Shown here piece by piece: positions 12,501 through 25,600 of a stretch of DNA of 64,000 nucleotides (position 1 is the first letter of the stretch; every line of letters begins with the position of its first letter). This DNA is from Tubiluchus corallicola (lineage: Eukaryota; Animalia; Priapulida). The position numbers and the translations under genes were made by a program. The stretch spans positions 1-64,000 of the forward strand of contig JAQGDQ010000502.1 in assembly GCA_030141605.1 (NCBI GenBank), read 5' to 3'. The notes under the pieces are model-generated. The model ran no database searches. It was not told where the DNA came from and worked only from the letters and a program-made list of their open reading frames with translations.

Positions 12501-15500
12501 TGGCAAAATTGATGTACACACACGGCTAGCTTCTACTTATGTTGGTTGAGCTTCACTGATAAACCGTATTGAACTGTAAAATTATCCCGCTTATAATTGC
12601 TTACAGTCAATAAATTGCAACTACTGCTATAACCTACACAGAAGTTAAACAGCCATCGTTTACAGAGGATACCACCCACGATGGCCACACCCCACTGACA
12701 TAGAAAAGTTTTTTAGGAAATTTTAACCGATGCAGTTATGTAATATGGCTTCTTGCTCTGCATGAATGTTGAACTCAAATGACATTGTATTAAATTGGTG
12801 AATACCGTATATACGTGTGTACAAGTCAATGTGCATTTTAAAACCAAAAATTGCATCATTTTGTATATTACCTGTGTACAAGTTGACCATAAAATATTAG
12901 GATCTTCCAGAGTAAATGATGTCGACAATGGCCTAGTAATAAATCAATAGCGTACTGTGTTAGTGTGTAAGATACGTGCAAGTGCCTGGACCGAGTATAT
13001 TATACCTACCGTATGTATATGTATATATATTTTCATGTTGAGGGCCCTCATTGCAATCCATGCTAATGCGGCCTGGCCTTTCATCACTCATAATTGTTTG
13101 TAATGCCTTTAACCGATGATATCGCAACCAGGATCCCTCGTAACATTTCAGTCGCTGATTTCTCTCTTAAAACTAAAAAGCCATACCTGAAACGTCACAC
13201 TTTATTCAGTAACATCTTATGAATAGAAATAGTGTCCAGCTTATAATGAAGGATTATTTCTTTACATATTCGTGTTGTAGGCGACTCTTTAGCGACATCT
13301 CCCCGAAAACATATCGTAAGTATAAGTCGACCCCAAAAATTTCGCCTTAAAATCGCCTCCCAAAAATTTGACTTGTAGATGAGTATATATGGTATTTGAT
13401 GAATTCAAAAAATGTGTACAGAAAACTGCAGAGAAGATGCGGGAGACCATGCCGACCAAACGTCCGACACCAGTCGTTCCTCAGCAGCAGAGCGAGCAGC
13501 TGATCGGTTGGGAGGCAGCGGATGAGGAAGAGGCGGAACGACTAGCTCAACAGGAACAGAGGAAGTAAGTTACTTAAATTTAAAAATTTATGGCTTTTTT
13601 ATACAGTTTGGTATAGCAATCCAGGACTGAAGATTTAGCTACACAACCTACCTGTTATTTTGATGGTTATGGCAGGACGGCAATCTAGCAGATAGTAGAA
13701 GGAATCTACATTCTTCCTAAATAAGGGCGACCACAGGTGGTACAGTAAAGAAGTCACCACATTCATTTTTCCTTGTGTTCACTGGTCACCTAACTGTTTA
13801 GTGGTCAGGTTCTGCAATGCATAACTTTGAGTTGAGTACATATTGTGGCTGCTGACCTGTTTTCTATATATACACACATATAAACATGGTTTGAACTTTG
13901 CCTACTGCAGTTTTCGGTCGTTCGTTATTACCGGCTGGGCAGATGTTTGTATCTTATCTGCTGTACAGTTCAATTCAATTCAATTGTACAAAAAGGTATC
14001 TTAACCATTTGATTTCATTTGTCTAGGCAACAGCTTCAAGTGCAGAAGGAACATATTGATTTTGAAATTGCACTGTATGAAGAACGTGACGAAAGAATTA
14101 GACAAATTGAAGCTGACATACTTGACGTTAATGAAATCTTCAAAGAGCTGGCTAGTCTAGTGCACGAACAAGGCGACATGATAGGTAACACTTGATTGGT
14201 TTGATTTTATTCTTTGCAGTTACAAATGACTCAAGTTACCTAAATGTATTATGTGTACTGTACAGTAAGTCCTCGCTTAACGACTCCCCGCTTAGCGAGC
14301 GACGTTTCGTTTTAACTACAATTTTTTTTTACACTGCTCACAGGCATTTTTATTTTATCAACAACGTTTTTTCCTAATTTGAAGCATTAAAATGGTACAT
14401 ATTGCCTTATTCTATTCTAAAAACGCATTAGTAACCTAAACAGTGCTATTATATGTGTTTTTGCTTGCCGACTGACTACAAACTAAATTCGAGCAGCTCT
14501 AGCCATTTGTATCAAGCGAGATCTATTTGCTGGTTTATATGCCTCCAAGCACCCGAGTTTAAACTTTGTGCCAAGGAATTTTGTCTGCAACCTAGCTGTT
14601 GCTATAACAACCAGGTTAGTACTACATGAAACTACTTCAAGGTCACTCCATGCAGGGTTTGACTTTCACTGTGCAGTATTTAACGGCTAACTTCCTATAC
14701 ATTGGGCTTCAACGTTAAGAAAGGAGAAACAGCTACCAAGTCTAGCTAGATATTGGCAACAAAGATCAGTGGTTTCAAGCAAACAGAAAGAAATTATGAA
14801 TAAAACTCATAAAATGTTTAATTTATATGATTTAAGCAGCATTGATTTTTGCTTCTGGAACATACCCCAATTCTTCTACATTACTTCCTATAGCAGGCTT
14901 GGTCTTGTTTAACAACATTTCGCTTAACGTCGCATTTTTCTGGATGGCATTAGCATCATTAAGCAAGAACTTGCTGTACATTTTGAAATGGTGCCGTAGT
15001 GCGTCACAATGCGATACGCTACAAGTTGTTAAAGTAAATTTCATTCAAACGTTACTATAGTTTGCTTTACCTAAACATTAATAATTTTTCTTTAGTTATT
15101 TTATTTCGATCTCAGAGGTATTAAAATTGTGCAAGTAGAATCAAAATGTAAAAACCTATAACCAAACTGAGATTTCCTTTCTTTGCCAATTTTTTTTCAT
15201 TGATTTTGCTCATAGTTTGCAGCATATGCTATAAAACAAGGCATCATGCAAGTCTTTTTGTCGCTGTACAAGAAATGAAGAGAAGTTAGAGAACACCCTT
15301 TCTACAAATTGTTATGTGCAAAATAACTGTCAGTGAAAATTGATCGTACGGACAGACTTCAGTGTTTTGAATGTCATTCTTTTGAATGTCCGTGTAGACT
15401 AGGCTTAATGATGCGTTTAGACTAGAGAGTTATCTCGCAACTCATTGTGCAACTTCTCTCTGAGAGTAAACTCGCAAGTGTGAACGACTTCGGATTTTGA

Positions 15501-17382
15501 GAACTCTAGGTCTGAATGCGCCATTAGAAGTGATAACCAATGCACTGGTAGCACACGCCCCAGTGGGTGTTGTGAAGAGCCGGTTGTGTAATTTTTCGTG
15601 CTTTTGGATTTGCCTGTATTTTTTTTGCAGATACAATTGAGCAGAATGTAGAAACTGCAGCATCAGAAGTCGAAGCGGCAAATGTTCAATTGAAGAGAGC
15701 TAGCGAATATCAGGTGCGACTTTTAGTATTATTAGGGCTATTTTTACTTGTAGTAATTGAAATACGTCTATGACAGATTGAGACAGATGATCTCTTAACC
15801 CTTTCCCTACATTGTTGCTTTTTAACTGGGCCACATTGACTTTGCACATCTGACAAGAACTTCTTGTGATGTGTTACTAAAACAGAAGCTTGTAAACAAA
15901 CAAATAGTTGTTCGTTATTGAGTATTAATATTAAATATTAGTTTTATTTCTACACATGCACACAGATGCAAGCACACATGCATGCACTCACGCACATTCA
16001 CACGTGCACACAATCCTAAATAAGCATATACTTATATTTAGTAACCAGTTTTCACAAAAGACACAATACTAATCCATAATATGCAATCATTTTATAAGAA
16101 TGCAGAACAATCAACTAAACATACGTTTCACCAACAATCTACAAGCGATTTTGCATGGGAACGTACCATACAGTACAGCATTGTGGAATGCACCCGGCTT
16201 CAGACACTGATTGACTAGTTAGCGTTACTTGTTGCAAAGCAACCGCTATTCCACGGCTGTTAAACTTTTCTACAATATTTTTACATGGTCGTAGCAGTGA
16301 AATGAACAGACCTGGGTGACTGCACTTTGTGCCGAGCTTAGGTGGCAGTCTACCGCCTTCCGTCCCTTGCATGAAAAACATAGGCGGCAATGTGCCGCCT
16401 TCCGTAGTGAAAGGGTTAATTGTATTGTCACAGTGCATGGAAACCTCGCATGTAAAAGATGTATGAAGTTAAAGCGCAAGAAAACCCTCCTCATAGATTT
16501 TAAAAAAAATTGCCTTGAAATTTTACATCACTTACCTGCTGTCTTTTTGCACACAGAGCTGCATTAGCAGTAATGCTGTATAAAACTTGTAAATTTAAAC
16601 TCCCGCTATGACAACTAAGTGCAGCAAATTTAACTGTATGTCGTTGGAAACAAGTTTAGATAACATTGCGTCAAGTTTAAACAAAATAAGGCGCTCTCTT
16701 TGTTAGCTAAGCAAAAGTATAAATTACTTTATATTTTGAATAAGATCAATAATGAGGTTTTTTGTGAATCAGTGGTGCACACTGAAATTGCGATGCAGTT
16801 CTGTTTTACCATTTTAAATTATTAAGAATTTTCTTTTCCAATTACAAAAATCTTTCAAACAGTTAAGTGTAATGCTAAGTAATATAACTTTTCATGGGAA
16901 GTTCTTTGGGATATATAGTATTAAAAAAATCCTTTTTCTAACCCATTTAAATGTTTAATTTTTGAAACAAATACTATTATTTGTTATAAATATAACATAA
17001 TATAATATAATATAACATTATGTTAAAAATTATAACATAACACAAGTTTCTTTATATTTGTTATAAATTTTGTGCTTAGCATTAGAAATTTTTGGTAACT
17101 CGAGAAGTTCGTATTCTTCCGCACATGTTTCGTCATGAGTCTTGAATACAGTTTACTGACTGTTAGGCCTGAGTTAGTCAACCAGGCAGAGGGTGAATAC
17201 AAGCATGGCAGAATCATGTCGATACTTCTGCTGCTACCTCTTGCTATCAGATGAGCGTTAGTCAATTTTTCGCTTTTTTTTACCAGAAATCTGCTCGGAA
17301 AAAGATGTGCATAATCGTCATTGTCGCTCTTGTCATCATCACCATCATCGTTATAATAATCGTCACCAGTGTGAAGAAGTAG
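6588..17382 (+). CDS. Endosomal Qa-SNARE, syntaxin-7/12 group, most like TSNARE1/syntaxin-20 (9 coding exons, 281 aa)
   Basis: Exons 6588-6648, 7768-7836, 8703-8772, 9350-9440, 11718-11792, 13422-13564, 14027-14184, 15631-15713, 17287-17382. All introns are GT-AG, phases are consistent, total 846 nt. The protein has an Habc region (FNQKCDEISTHIFGISNN..LERALKQLGTAQDSLKLREKI..QQRLQVERLRNEL), a Qa SNARE motif ([45 protein letters not shown]) and a C-terminal anchor (KSARKKMCIIVIVALVIITIIVIIIVTSVKK*). An acceptor at 6556/6557 implies an upstream 5'UTR exon. Confidence 0.92.
9655..10811 (+). mobile_element. Family A copy split by an approximately 700-bp insertion
   Basis: The 5' half (about 9655-9860) and 3' half (about 10560-10811) align in order with the intact copy at 48021-48514. 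The sequence between them is unrelated. Confidence 0.65.
10964..11592 (-). mobile_element. Family A copy (reverse) containing an internal 26-bp tandem expansion
   Basis: Reverse complement of the 23474 and 48021 copies, with TTAA at 10960-10963 and end TTTTCTTCTCCT at 11581-11592. Confidence 0.75.
11275..11457. repeat. 26-bp minisatellite, about 7 copies (AGTGATGCACACTGGGAAGGTGAGTC)
   Basis: Unit starts at 11301, 11327 and onward give period 26. The reverse complement occurs as a single copy in family A at about 48181-48210. Confidence 0.92.
12100..12430 (+). mobile_element. Degenerate LINE ORF2 C-terminal fragment (same group as 1370-1953)
   Basis: Translates as RIQMSRLRLSAHNLRIEIGR*AKIPRELRLCSCCLVQTEYHFICEC, with an in-frame stop. 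Confidence 0.8.
14262..14970 (+). mobile_element. Tigger/pogo-like non-autonomous element (family E), partial
   Basis: Begins TA|CAGTAAGTCCTCGCTTAACGAC. The identical terminus occurs reversed at 34934-34955 (GTCGTTAAGCGAGGACTTACTG|TA). The right end is degraded and approximate. Confidence 0.6.
15799..16415. mobile_element. piggyBac-like non-autonomous element (TTAA TSD, CCC...GGG ends)
   Basis: TTAA|CCCTTTCCCTAC at 15795-15810 and GTAGTGAAAGGG|TTAA at 16404-16419 form a 12-bp TIR with 1 mismatch. Confidence 0.65.
16560..16930 (-). mobile_element. Family A copy (reverse), partial
   Basis: Reverse-complement match to the other family A copies (TGCTAAGTAATATAACTTTTCATGGGAAG; TTGTAAATTTAAACTCC). 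Confidence 0.7.
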
Positions 17383-19009
17383 AAACGAGACACTACCAGT
17401 TTGGTAGCAAACTTCTATGGATACTTGTGATTCTACGATGGTAAAATTTCTGGTTCTTAGTATGCTGTCAATGGGTTATCGCAGCTCCCATATGCGAGAA
17501 AAATTTTTATGAAAAAGCGTGACATATTGATTTAAGAAAATATATTTTGCAAAAATTAAGAAGATTTCTTATAGTTATATTAGCTTTGAGCATTTTGTGC
17601 ACAAAAGAGCTGATACTATACGTAATTTTATTGAAGATAGAGAACAATGTGGCAAAATCTATTATCCCATTTATTAAAAGGGGTGTCTCTTTCTCTCTTC
17701 TCTAGTGCGATTCGTCGTTGAGTTGTATACTTTATAAAAATCTGACCTTTAGCAGTTGATGCGCTGTTCATTCGCAAAAATTTCGTGAGCATGTCACCTT
17801 TTCACTGCGTACAGAACAAGTTCGTTCAAGATTGAATGTCTTTTTGATACACACTTTGGCACTCAAAGGAAAGGCCAACTCAACGAGATGTTTACTGCAT
17901 GGCAAATTATCAAGGATATCTCCTTAAGGTGAGTCACTGAACCAGCAGAGGTTTCTCAGCCACACTAAGATGTATATGCCCTCCTTGCACAAGGTAAACA
18001 GCCAAGGATGATAGGTGATATCGCCCAATGAATAATAAACCCACGACAGTAACATGCAACTCACATTAAGCGAGCCCACCTATCGACTCAGCCATGAATA
18101 CCACCTCAAGTATTTTTAAAATTTCCCTTACAGACAAAGCAGTTTTTTTATTTATAACTGAGCTCGCTTTTTTGGTCCTGTTACGCTATGCGTAACCTTG
18201 TTACATGAATTTTACAGTATCTAGGTAGCAAAGTGGCCGTTCCAAAAAACAGATAAAATTACAAATACTTACTTTAACTTTAGCACATTTTTTGAGTCTT
18301 AACAAGTATGATTATCATAATTTATAAAAAAATCCTAATAATGTTGTAAATACTTAATTCTGTGTAAATATTGTATAAAATATCGGAAATTTTCTATATA
18401 AAATACTAAGTAGTTTGTTAGCAACCCGATGTGCGCCATCTATGTTGATCATTGAGAACTAAATTGCAAATTTAATATGCATAAATTTTCTAAAGCTAAT
18501 ATGATTGATTATACAGCAAATAAGGACTGCATGTTCATTTATTGTCATAGCCGTGATGATTACCATACTGATGAGTGCTGCTAGACATAGCCATACTGAT
18601 GAATGCGGCTAGACATTGCTATGACAACAATAATTGTTTTCTACATAAACAGTCATTTGGCACTCATATCAATGCAAGAAAATTAATAGATAACAGTGCT
18701 TGTCATAACATTTTTGCTTTCGTTTAGCCATAAAATTTAGCTTTTGACACAAGCAAATAGTGAAAATGAAGAAATTTTTCGTGATTTAAAGACATTTTGT
18801 ATGTATAATTCTGCAAAGTTTTATTATGTGCAACCCCCCATTATATGGAAATAAATAATGTTAGAAAATGTGTTATACAAAGTTATTATAAATACGAATT
18901 TACTGAAATACGTTTGTTTATACTGTGCAATTTTGGTTATTAAAATGTCTTACTACAAATTATACTGTTTTACATAGTTATTTTTGTGCTGTTTTTTGTT
19001 ACCACTTCT

Positions 19010-19770
19010 GTTTCTACATGATACACACTTATTTCTTTTACATACGATACACACATGTGCCCTTAAATGTGATCATATCCTTGCTTGCACTTATCCTCTT
19101 TATGTGTGATGGATATAATTTTGTATCTGTGTGATATGATATACGCACCTTTTCCCCATTTTTTTCTTGTGGTGCACATTTGCTCTCATCCCTTTACATA
19201 TGATACACACTTGTACTTTCTCCTTTAGATGTGATACAAACTTGCACTTATCTCCTTTACACTGTGATACACACTTGTACTTATCTCCTTTACATGTGAT
19301 ACACACTTGTACTTATCTCCTTTAGATGTGATACAAACTTGCACTTATCTCCTTTACATGTGATACACACTTGTACTTATCTCCTATACACTGTGATACA
19401 CACTTGTACTTATCTCCCTTAGATGTGATACACACTTACACTTATCTCCTTTATGGATCTTACACACTTGTACTTATCTCCTTTACATGTGATACACACC
19501 TGTATTTATCTCCTTTATGGGTCTTACACACTTGTACTTATCTCCTTTACATGTGATACACACTTGTACTTATCTCCTTTAGATGTGATACATACTTGTA
19601 CTTATCTCCTTTATGTGTGATACACAATTGTACTTATCTCATTTATGTGTGATACACAGTTGTATTAATCTCTTTTACATATGTGATACCTAATTGTACT
19701 TACATGCAACTCTTTTACATGAGGCCTATGCTCTTGTGTTTCTCGCCTTTACGTGTGATACACAATTGCA
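19010..19770. repeat. 32-bp minisatellite, about 20 copies (TGTGATACACACTTGTACTTATCTCCTTTACA)
   Basis: Unit starts at 19263, 19295, 19327 and onward. The array is homogeneous in the centre and degenerate at the edges. Confidence 0.95.
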
Positions 19771-20242
19771 CCATTTTGAATTTAGTTAAATTTTCATATA
19801 TTAGTGATGCCATATAACAGAAAATCTAGATTGTTCGCTCACTGTACATGGTTGTTACACAATACTGAATAGTACTTTCGTCTGCTGCTCATGTGATGCA
19901 TGCACATATATGACATAGATTAAGTGCTACGTGTCACCTCAAGCTAATACTATCCATACATGACTGCATAAATAACACAAACTTGCACCATATTGACTAC
20001 TCATATGTGAACTGTAGCATACCCATCCCTACTACTCACATCTGCATAGTTGATGCATACGAGCCCCATCCACACTACTTAACCTGCATTCCTAAGCATC
20101 ATTAAGTTGTTCCACCTCTCAGTGCTTTTATTACTGCCTCACCTGGGGGCGTAGTTGAGTTTATTTACAATCACTTGGACGCACCTGGCAGCAGACGGAT
20201 TTTGCTGCGTGTGCTGTAATCAAGGATTCCCAGATAATTTTG

Positions 20243-22243
20243 ATGTTTTCACTAAGTTGTCCCCTTCGAGCAGCTCATTTTCTTAAATTTGAAGTGAGAT
20301 GTTTGGAGTCGTTAATTTGTGTAAGAACTGCTACATCAGCTGGTGTTACTGAGCTGACCAAAGAAACTGTTTCCAAACTGGACAATGTGACACCAGTGGA
20401 CAGCGTGCTGCCATGTCAACATCCCGCAGAAGCTGGTGTCGTAGACGGCTGTGATTTTGATGATGTCGGGGTGTTTAGGAGGAAATCATCATGGGAGATA
20501 CTTAGAGCATCGGTGATCCTAAAGCTGTGTTCATACCAATCATTTGTTTGCAGGACCTTTACGGTATGTTTCATCACAACTAACTGACAGTAGTGGATAA
20601 AGTTTAAAATTCATATACTGCACTTTAGTGTAAATTATTGTAATGTGTAGATGCCTGCCATATTTTATGTTGTTCCAAATTATATGGATTTTCTACAAAT
20701 GTTATCTGTGCCCTGGTCAGTTGATTTTCTAATGTAAAACTCTCTGTGAAACTATAACATCAAATTTTTATCACCATGGAGATGAACACTAATGATAGCC
20801 ATAAATTAACTACAGTTTTTTGTCATTTTTTCTCTGCTAATAACCTCGTACTATGAATTTAGATGGCCATCTACGTACTCTACATTTTAGATGGTCACCT
20901 ACGTAGTTCATATTTTAGTTTTATCACACACACAGTTTTTATTAGTTTGCTTAATTTGAAACACTTAAAGTACTTTCATAAGTTATAGATAATCAGTGTG
21001 TTATAGAAAAAATAGCTTCAAATGCATGTAACCGTGGTATTTTAAATATATTTGTTTTGTGTTTATTTTGAGCTACAAAAGTGCTGATTTTTGCACTAGT
21101 TACTGATTTTGTGTTAGCTATGTGTAAATTTCATTATTTACGTGTATTTAGCTGATGAAATATGGGCAGAAGTTTTTAGGAAAGCGCTTATTCGCCGCCT
21201 GCATGAAACCGACTTTCTACGGACACTTTGTGGCCGGCGACGAGCATCGTAGCATCGAGAAAACGGTTGCTAAGCTGCGGAACATGGGCATCATCTCCAT
21301 GCTGTACTTATCATTGGAAGCTGATGTGGGGGAAGCATCAAGGTACCTGCTTTCATTCTTTGTTGTTTTTTTAGGACCCAGGGAAGATCATTTCATTCAA
21401 AATTATTCTGAATAAACCTTATCAATTTATGATGGAATTCATCCACTTTGTCACTTTTTAACCAAAATTCCAGCGAAAGAATTGATGTGTAAACGTATGT
21501 AGTAAGCGTCATTTGAACCAGCAAACCTTTAGATTGTAAGTCTCTGATGGGCATTATACCACACAGTCCCTTGTGTCGTAGCACACCTGATAAGTGTACA
21601 ACCAATGTAGAACAGCACTTGTATGTACTTAGCGGCATTTGTAACAGCCAATGTATATAGCTTTTCTCAATGTATGTTGGTTTCCTTGCACTAAATTAAG
21701 ACTGTAATTTAGAATTTCTATGGTGTTTGATTAGTATTAGAAAATTTAAAAAGGAATCTAAGCTTTAAATTGACAATATGTCCGTTGGCGCTAGGAAAAA
21801 CTCGTTTTTGCTGCCTTCTGTTTCATTATTATTGTAGAACCAGAAATCAAAAGTAATTTGTTCATTTACTACCTGTTTACAAGCAAACTTTATTGTTTGG
21901 AACTAGATTTTAGATAGAACCTAGTCTGTGCGCCCCCCAGGCATTACTGTGAAAGCAAAATGATGCGCTGATGTAGGTCACGAGGTCTTAACAGTGGCAG
22001 GAACCACAAAACTTGTTATTTTCCCGTTTCAAGGGCAGCAGTGAAACATATCCAGATTGATGTAGTTCAACCGTAGTTGTGGTTGTTAGAATGTCTTAAG
22101 CTTAGAAAGGCACTTGTAGATATGAAGTAACTTATCAATTAAGTTTCAAATAAAATTTAGTACTTTAGTAATACTGAAGCAGACTAATCATTTAACTACT
22201 GCTCTCGGTCATTAAGCTGATCAAGAGATCGTATTTATTATTA

Positions 22244-22340
<97 letters not shown>

Positions 22341-22522
22341 ATGGAATTTGTATAGCGCCCCAAATATATAATTTTATTTTATTTTAATATTTTGCATTCA
22401 TTTATATAATATAAAAAATTTATATACATATACATATTATAAAATTTTATATAATAAATTATATTATATAAAATATATAAAATGTCTGCATTAATTTATA
22501 TATATATATAATGCAATTGAGT

Positions 22523-22556
<34 letters not shown>

Positions 22557-22564
22557 CAATTGAG

Positions 22565-22620
<56 letters not shown>

Positions 22621-25600
22621 ATGTATGTATATTATAAAACTTTGTATAATATATAAAAATACTCAATTGCACTTTACAACCAAAGATTTTACAAAGCCTA
22701 AAATAAATCATAAAACTTTTACACACTATAAAGAAAAGCTTTAAAAATTTAATGTAAAAAATCAATATAGAATCTAGTTAAGCAAAATTAAAATCCAATT
22801 CAATTTCCATACTCTAATTTTGAAAAGATGTCTTAAGCAATTTTTTAAATATAATTATATTATCGCAGCTTCTAATGTTCAGTGGAAGGCTGTTCCAAGC
22901 CATTCGAGCGGCATGGAAAAAGGCACGCGTACCTAAAATTTTTTAACAAGATTAACGAATTTCAGATAGAGGGGGCGACACGGTGAGAGGATGTTAAATA
23001 TTTCTAGAGGGCGAGAAGTCACAAATATAATTCAGGGTGATTCTTAGTTAAAATTATTTTGTCTTTATCCCATTATGTCGAAAAGGAAAGTTGGACTCAG
23101 GGACACAAGAAACGCATACAATGTGTGGCTTCACCCATCAAAACATTAAAAGGGTGGGGCACCAGAAGTTTTTTTGCCCCTGGCGCCGCAAGCACACGCT
23201 ACGCCACTGATTTGTGAAGAGCTAGATTTCAAGAAAGAAATTGACTGATTTGTATGAGAAGGAAAAGGATATGTCAACCTACATTATAAAATACGAATTA
23301 ATCTATTTGGACGTTATTAAAATGACAGGAAACAACATCAAATGTTATGATGTAGTTTACCTGCTCTGAATTTTTATAGTTAGCCTCGGGAAACTGTTCA
23401 TAAAGCTCTTGTGTATTAGTTTCTTTTTTCTCTTAAGACCAATCCTTCCAACCAATTATTTGTGCTACATTAAAGGGGAAGAAAAGTTAAACTATATCTC
23501 AAAAAACTTTCCATATAAAGTTATATTACTTAGCATTGTGCTTACCTTTTTGATAGTTTTATGTAACTGGAATTCAAAATATTAATGCCAACTGGTAAAA
23601 TGTCACTCGCTGACCAAAAAATATGTTTTTAATCTTATTGACAAGATAAAGTAAATTAAACTTTTGCTTAGTTAGCTTCGAATGTTCTGATTATTTTTTC
23701 TCACTTTATGTAGTGTTGTCTAAACTTGTTTCATTTGGCTTGCCTTTAAAATGGCTGAGCCTAATGGTCATTGCAGGAGTTTAATTTACAAGTTTTCTAC
23801 AACGTTACTGCTGACACAAGCCCTGTATGCAAAAGGGTAATAAGCGATACAAATTTTCAAGACGAATTTTTTTAGCTTTGTGCAAGTAAAGTGTTTTCTT
23901 GTCCTTTTAAGTCCAGTCTACATTTGCTTAGAATGCTCTTCTAGCATTGTGCTTGCTTCCTGCTTTTCACATGTCAATAATTTAGCAAGTACATTACTGG
24001 ATTTGTTATATATAAGAGTATATAATTTATATAATTAAATAATATACATGGCTATGTAATTGTTTATATAACATACATGAAATTGTTTCTGTCATTTACA
24101 CTGCGTTGAGGATGCTTTGAAAGATTGTAGTTCTACAGCTGAATTTATTTGCTTTTTTGTTTGTTTGTTTGTTTGTTTGTTTGTTTCATAATTTTATTCT
24201 ACAGCTCTTTGTTTTTTGCAGTGATGCTCATTACGACAATAATCTACAGCGTTTGATGGACTGCATTGAACTCAATCGTGAACACAGCACCTCCCAGGTG
24301 GCGTTGACCCACCTCAAAATATCTCCACTTCTTGACCCTCGGTTACTTGTAAGCTTTTCAAACAATGAATTTATTATACTATCAAGAAAAAAATTTAGAA
24401 ATAATATTAAAGTAAAAAACTGAGTTCTAACAAAATTCAGCCAAGTCTGTATTTGAACCAGTGACCTTTGGCATAAATACCCAATATGTTTACCATTCAA
24501 GCAGTTGACTATCAATGTCAAATCTGCGGCATTTGTTATTGAAAGTGCAAAAAAATAGTAAAGTTTATTGCCATAAACAGTGACAATGTTATAATAAGCC
24601 TTTTCACAGTTCCAGCAATTGATGATGATCTTGAAAATGTCAAAGGTTGAATGTACCAGAGAACGCATTTGTGTACAATTGACAACACCTCGCAGCCCAT
24701 GCTGTTGTAATAGTAACAGTTATAGCAGCTAGTTAGAACCTTAGCTTGGTCATTTTTTCTTGTTCCCAAACAAAATCCTGCTAGTAAATCACTCTACATT
24801 GCACAGACTAATGCATAATTAAGTAAACTACACGTAAAACAACTGTAGTTACTGAACTGGTGCGGCTGACAGCTTTGTTTTACCCACCTGTCACATGGCG
24901 GTTGTAGTTAAGATGCATTGCTGGAGTTCACTTGACCTTTGACCTACAGCTACTGCGCGTGCGTATAGCGAAACTATGAAATGGCTTACTTGTTGATAGT
25001 TAGTGGTACTGTTGCACAGATGATTCCATCAGACTGGGTGTCAGTAAAGTATCCTTATGTCAGTTGAAATAACTTCTCTATGACTATTGATGTTGTCTTC
25101 CAGGTTGAATTGTCAAACATTATTGCAGATGTTGGGAAAGAAACAGTCGTTCAAGCTTTAATAAATTCCTTAAAAACTGGCCGAATGGTATGTAGTGAAT
25201 ATACTTGACAAATGTACTTGTAGTTAGGTAACTGAGGCATTGGGTATTGCTGGGTATTGTCGTTTTCATTTAACTAGGTGCTCGTGCAATCATACTGAAA
25301 CAGCAATGCACCGTTTGAACTTGACTTTTTGGATTGGTTGTGATGTAACTTTATAAACAGGTCTGTTTCACCGTAGCACCTGTCTTGTTCTTGTTCTCGT
25401 TGCTCATGTATTGCAAAATTCTGTCATTTGCTCATTGAGAGGCAAAGAATGCATGATCTTAATTGTGAAAATTTTGATGTATGACATTGGTAAAATAATG
25501 ACGCTCTAAGTAACATATTGCCTAAACAAAGTGGTATCTATTAACTTATGTTATGTTAACTAAAGTTATGTTAATTTTCTTATATTATTAGGTAAAAAAA

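Noticed and set aside
19100-19556. Cys/His-rich short ORFs
   Set aside because: Translations of the 32-bp minisatellite.
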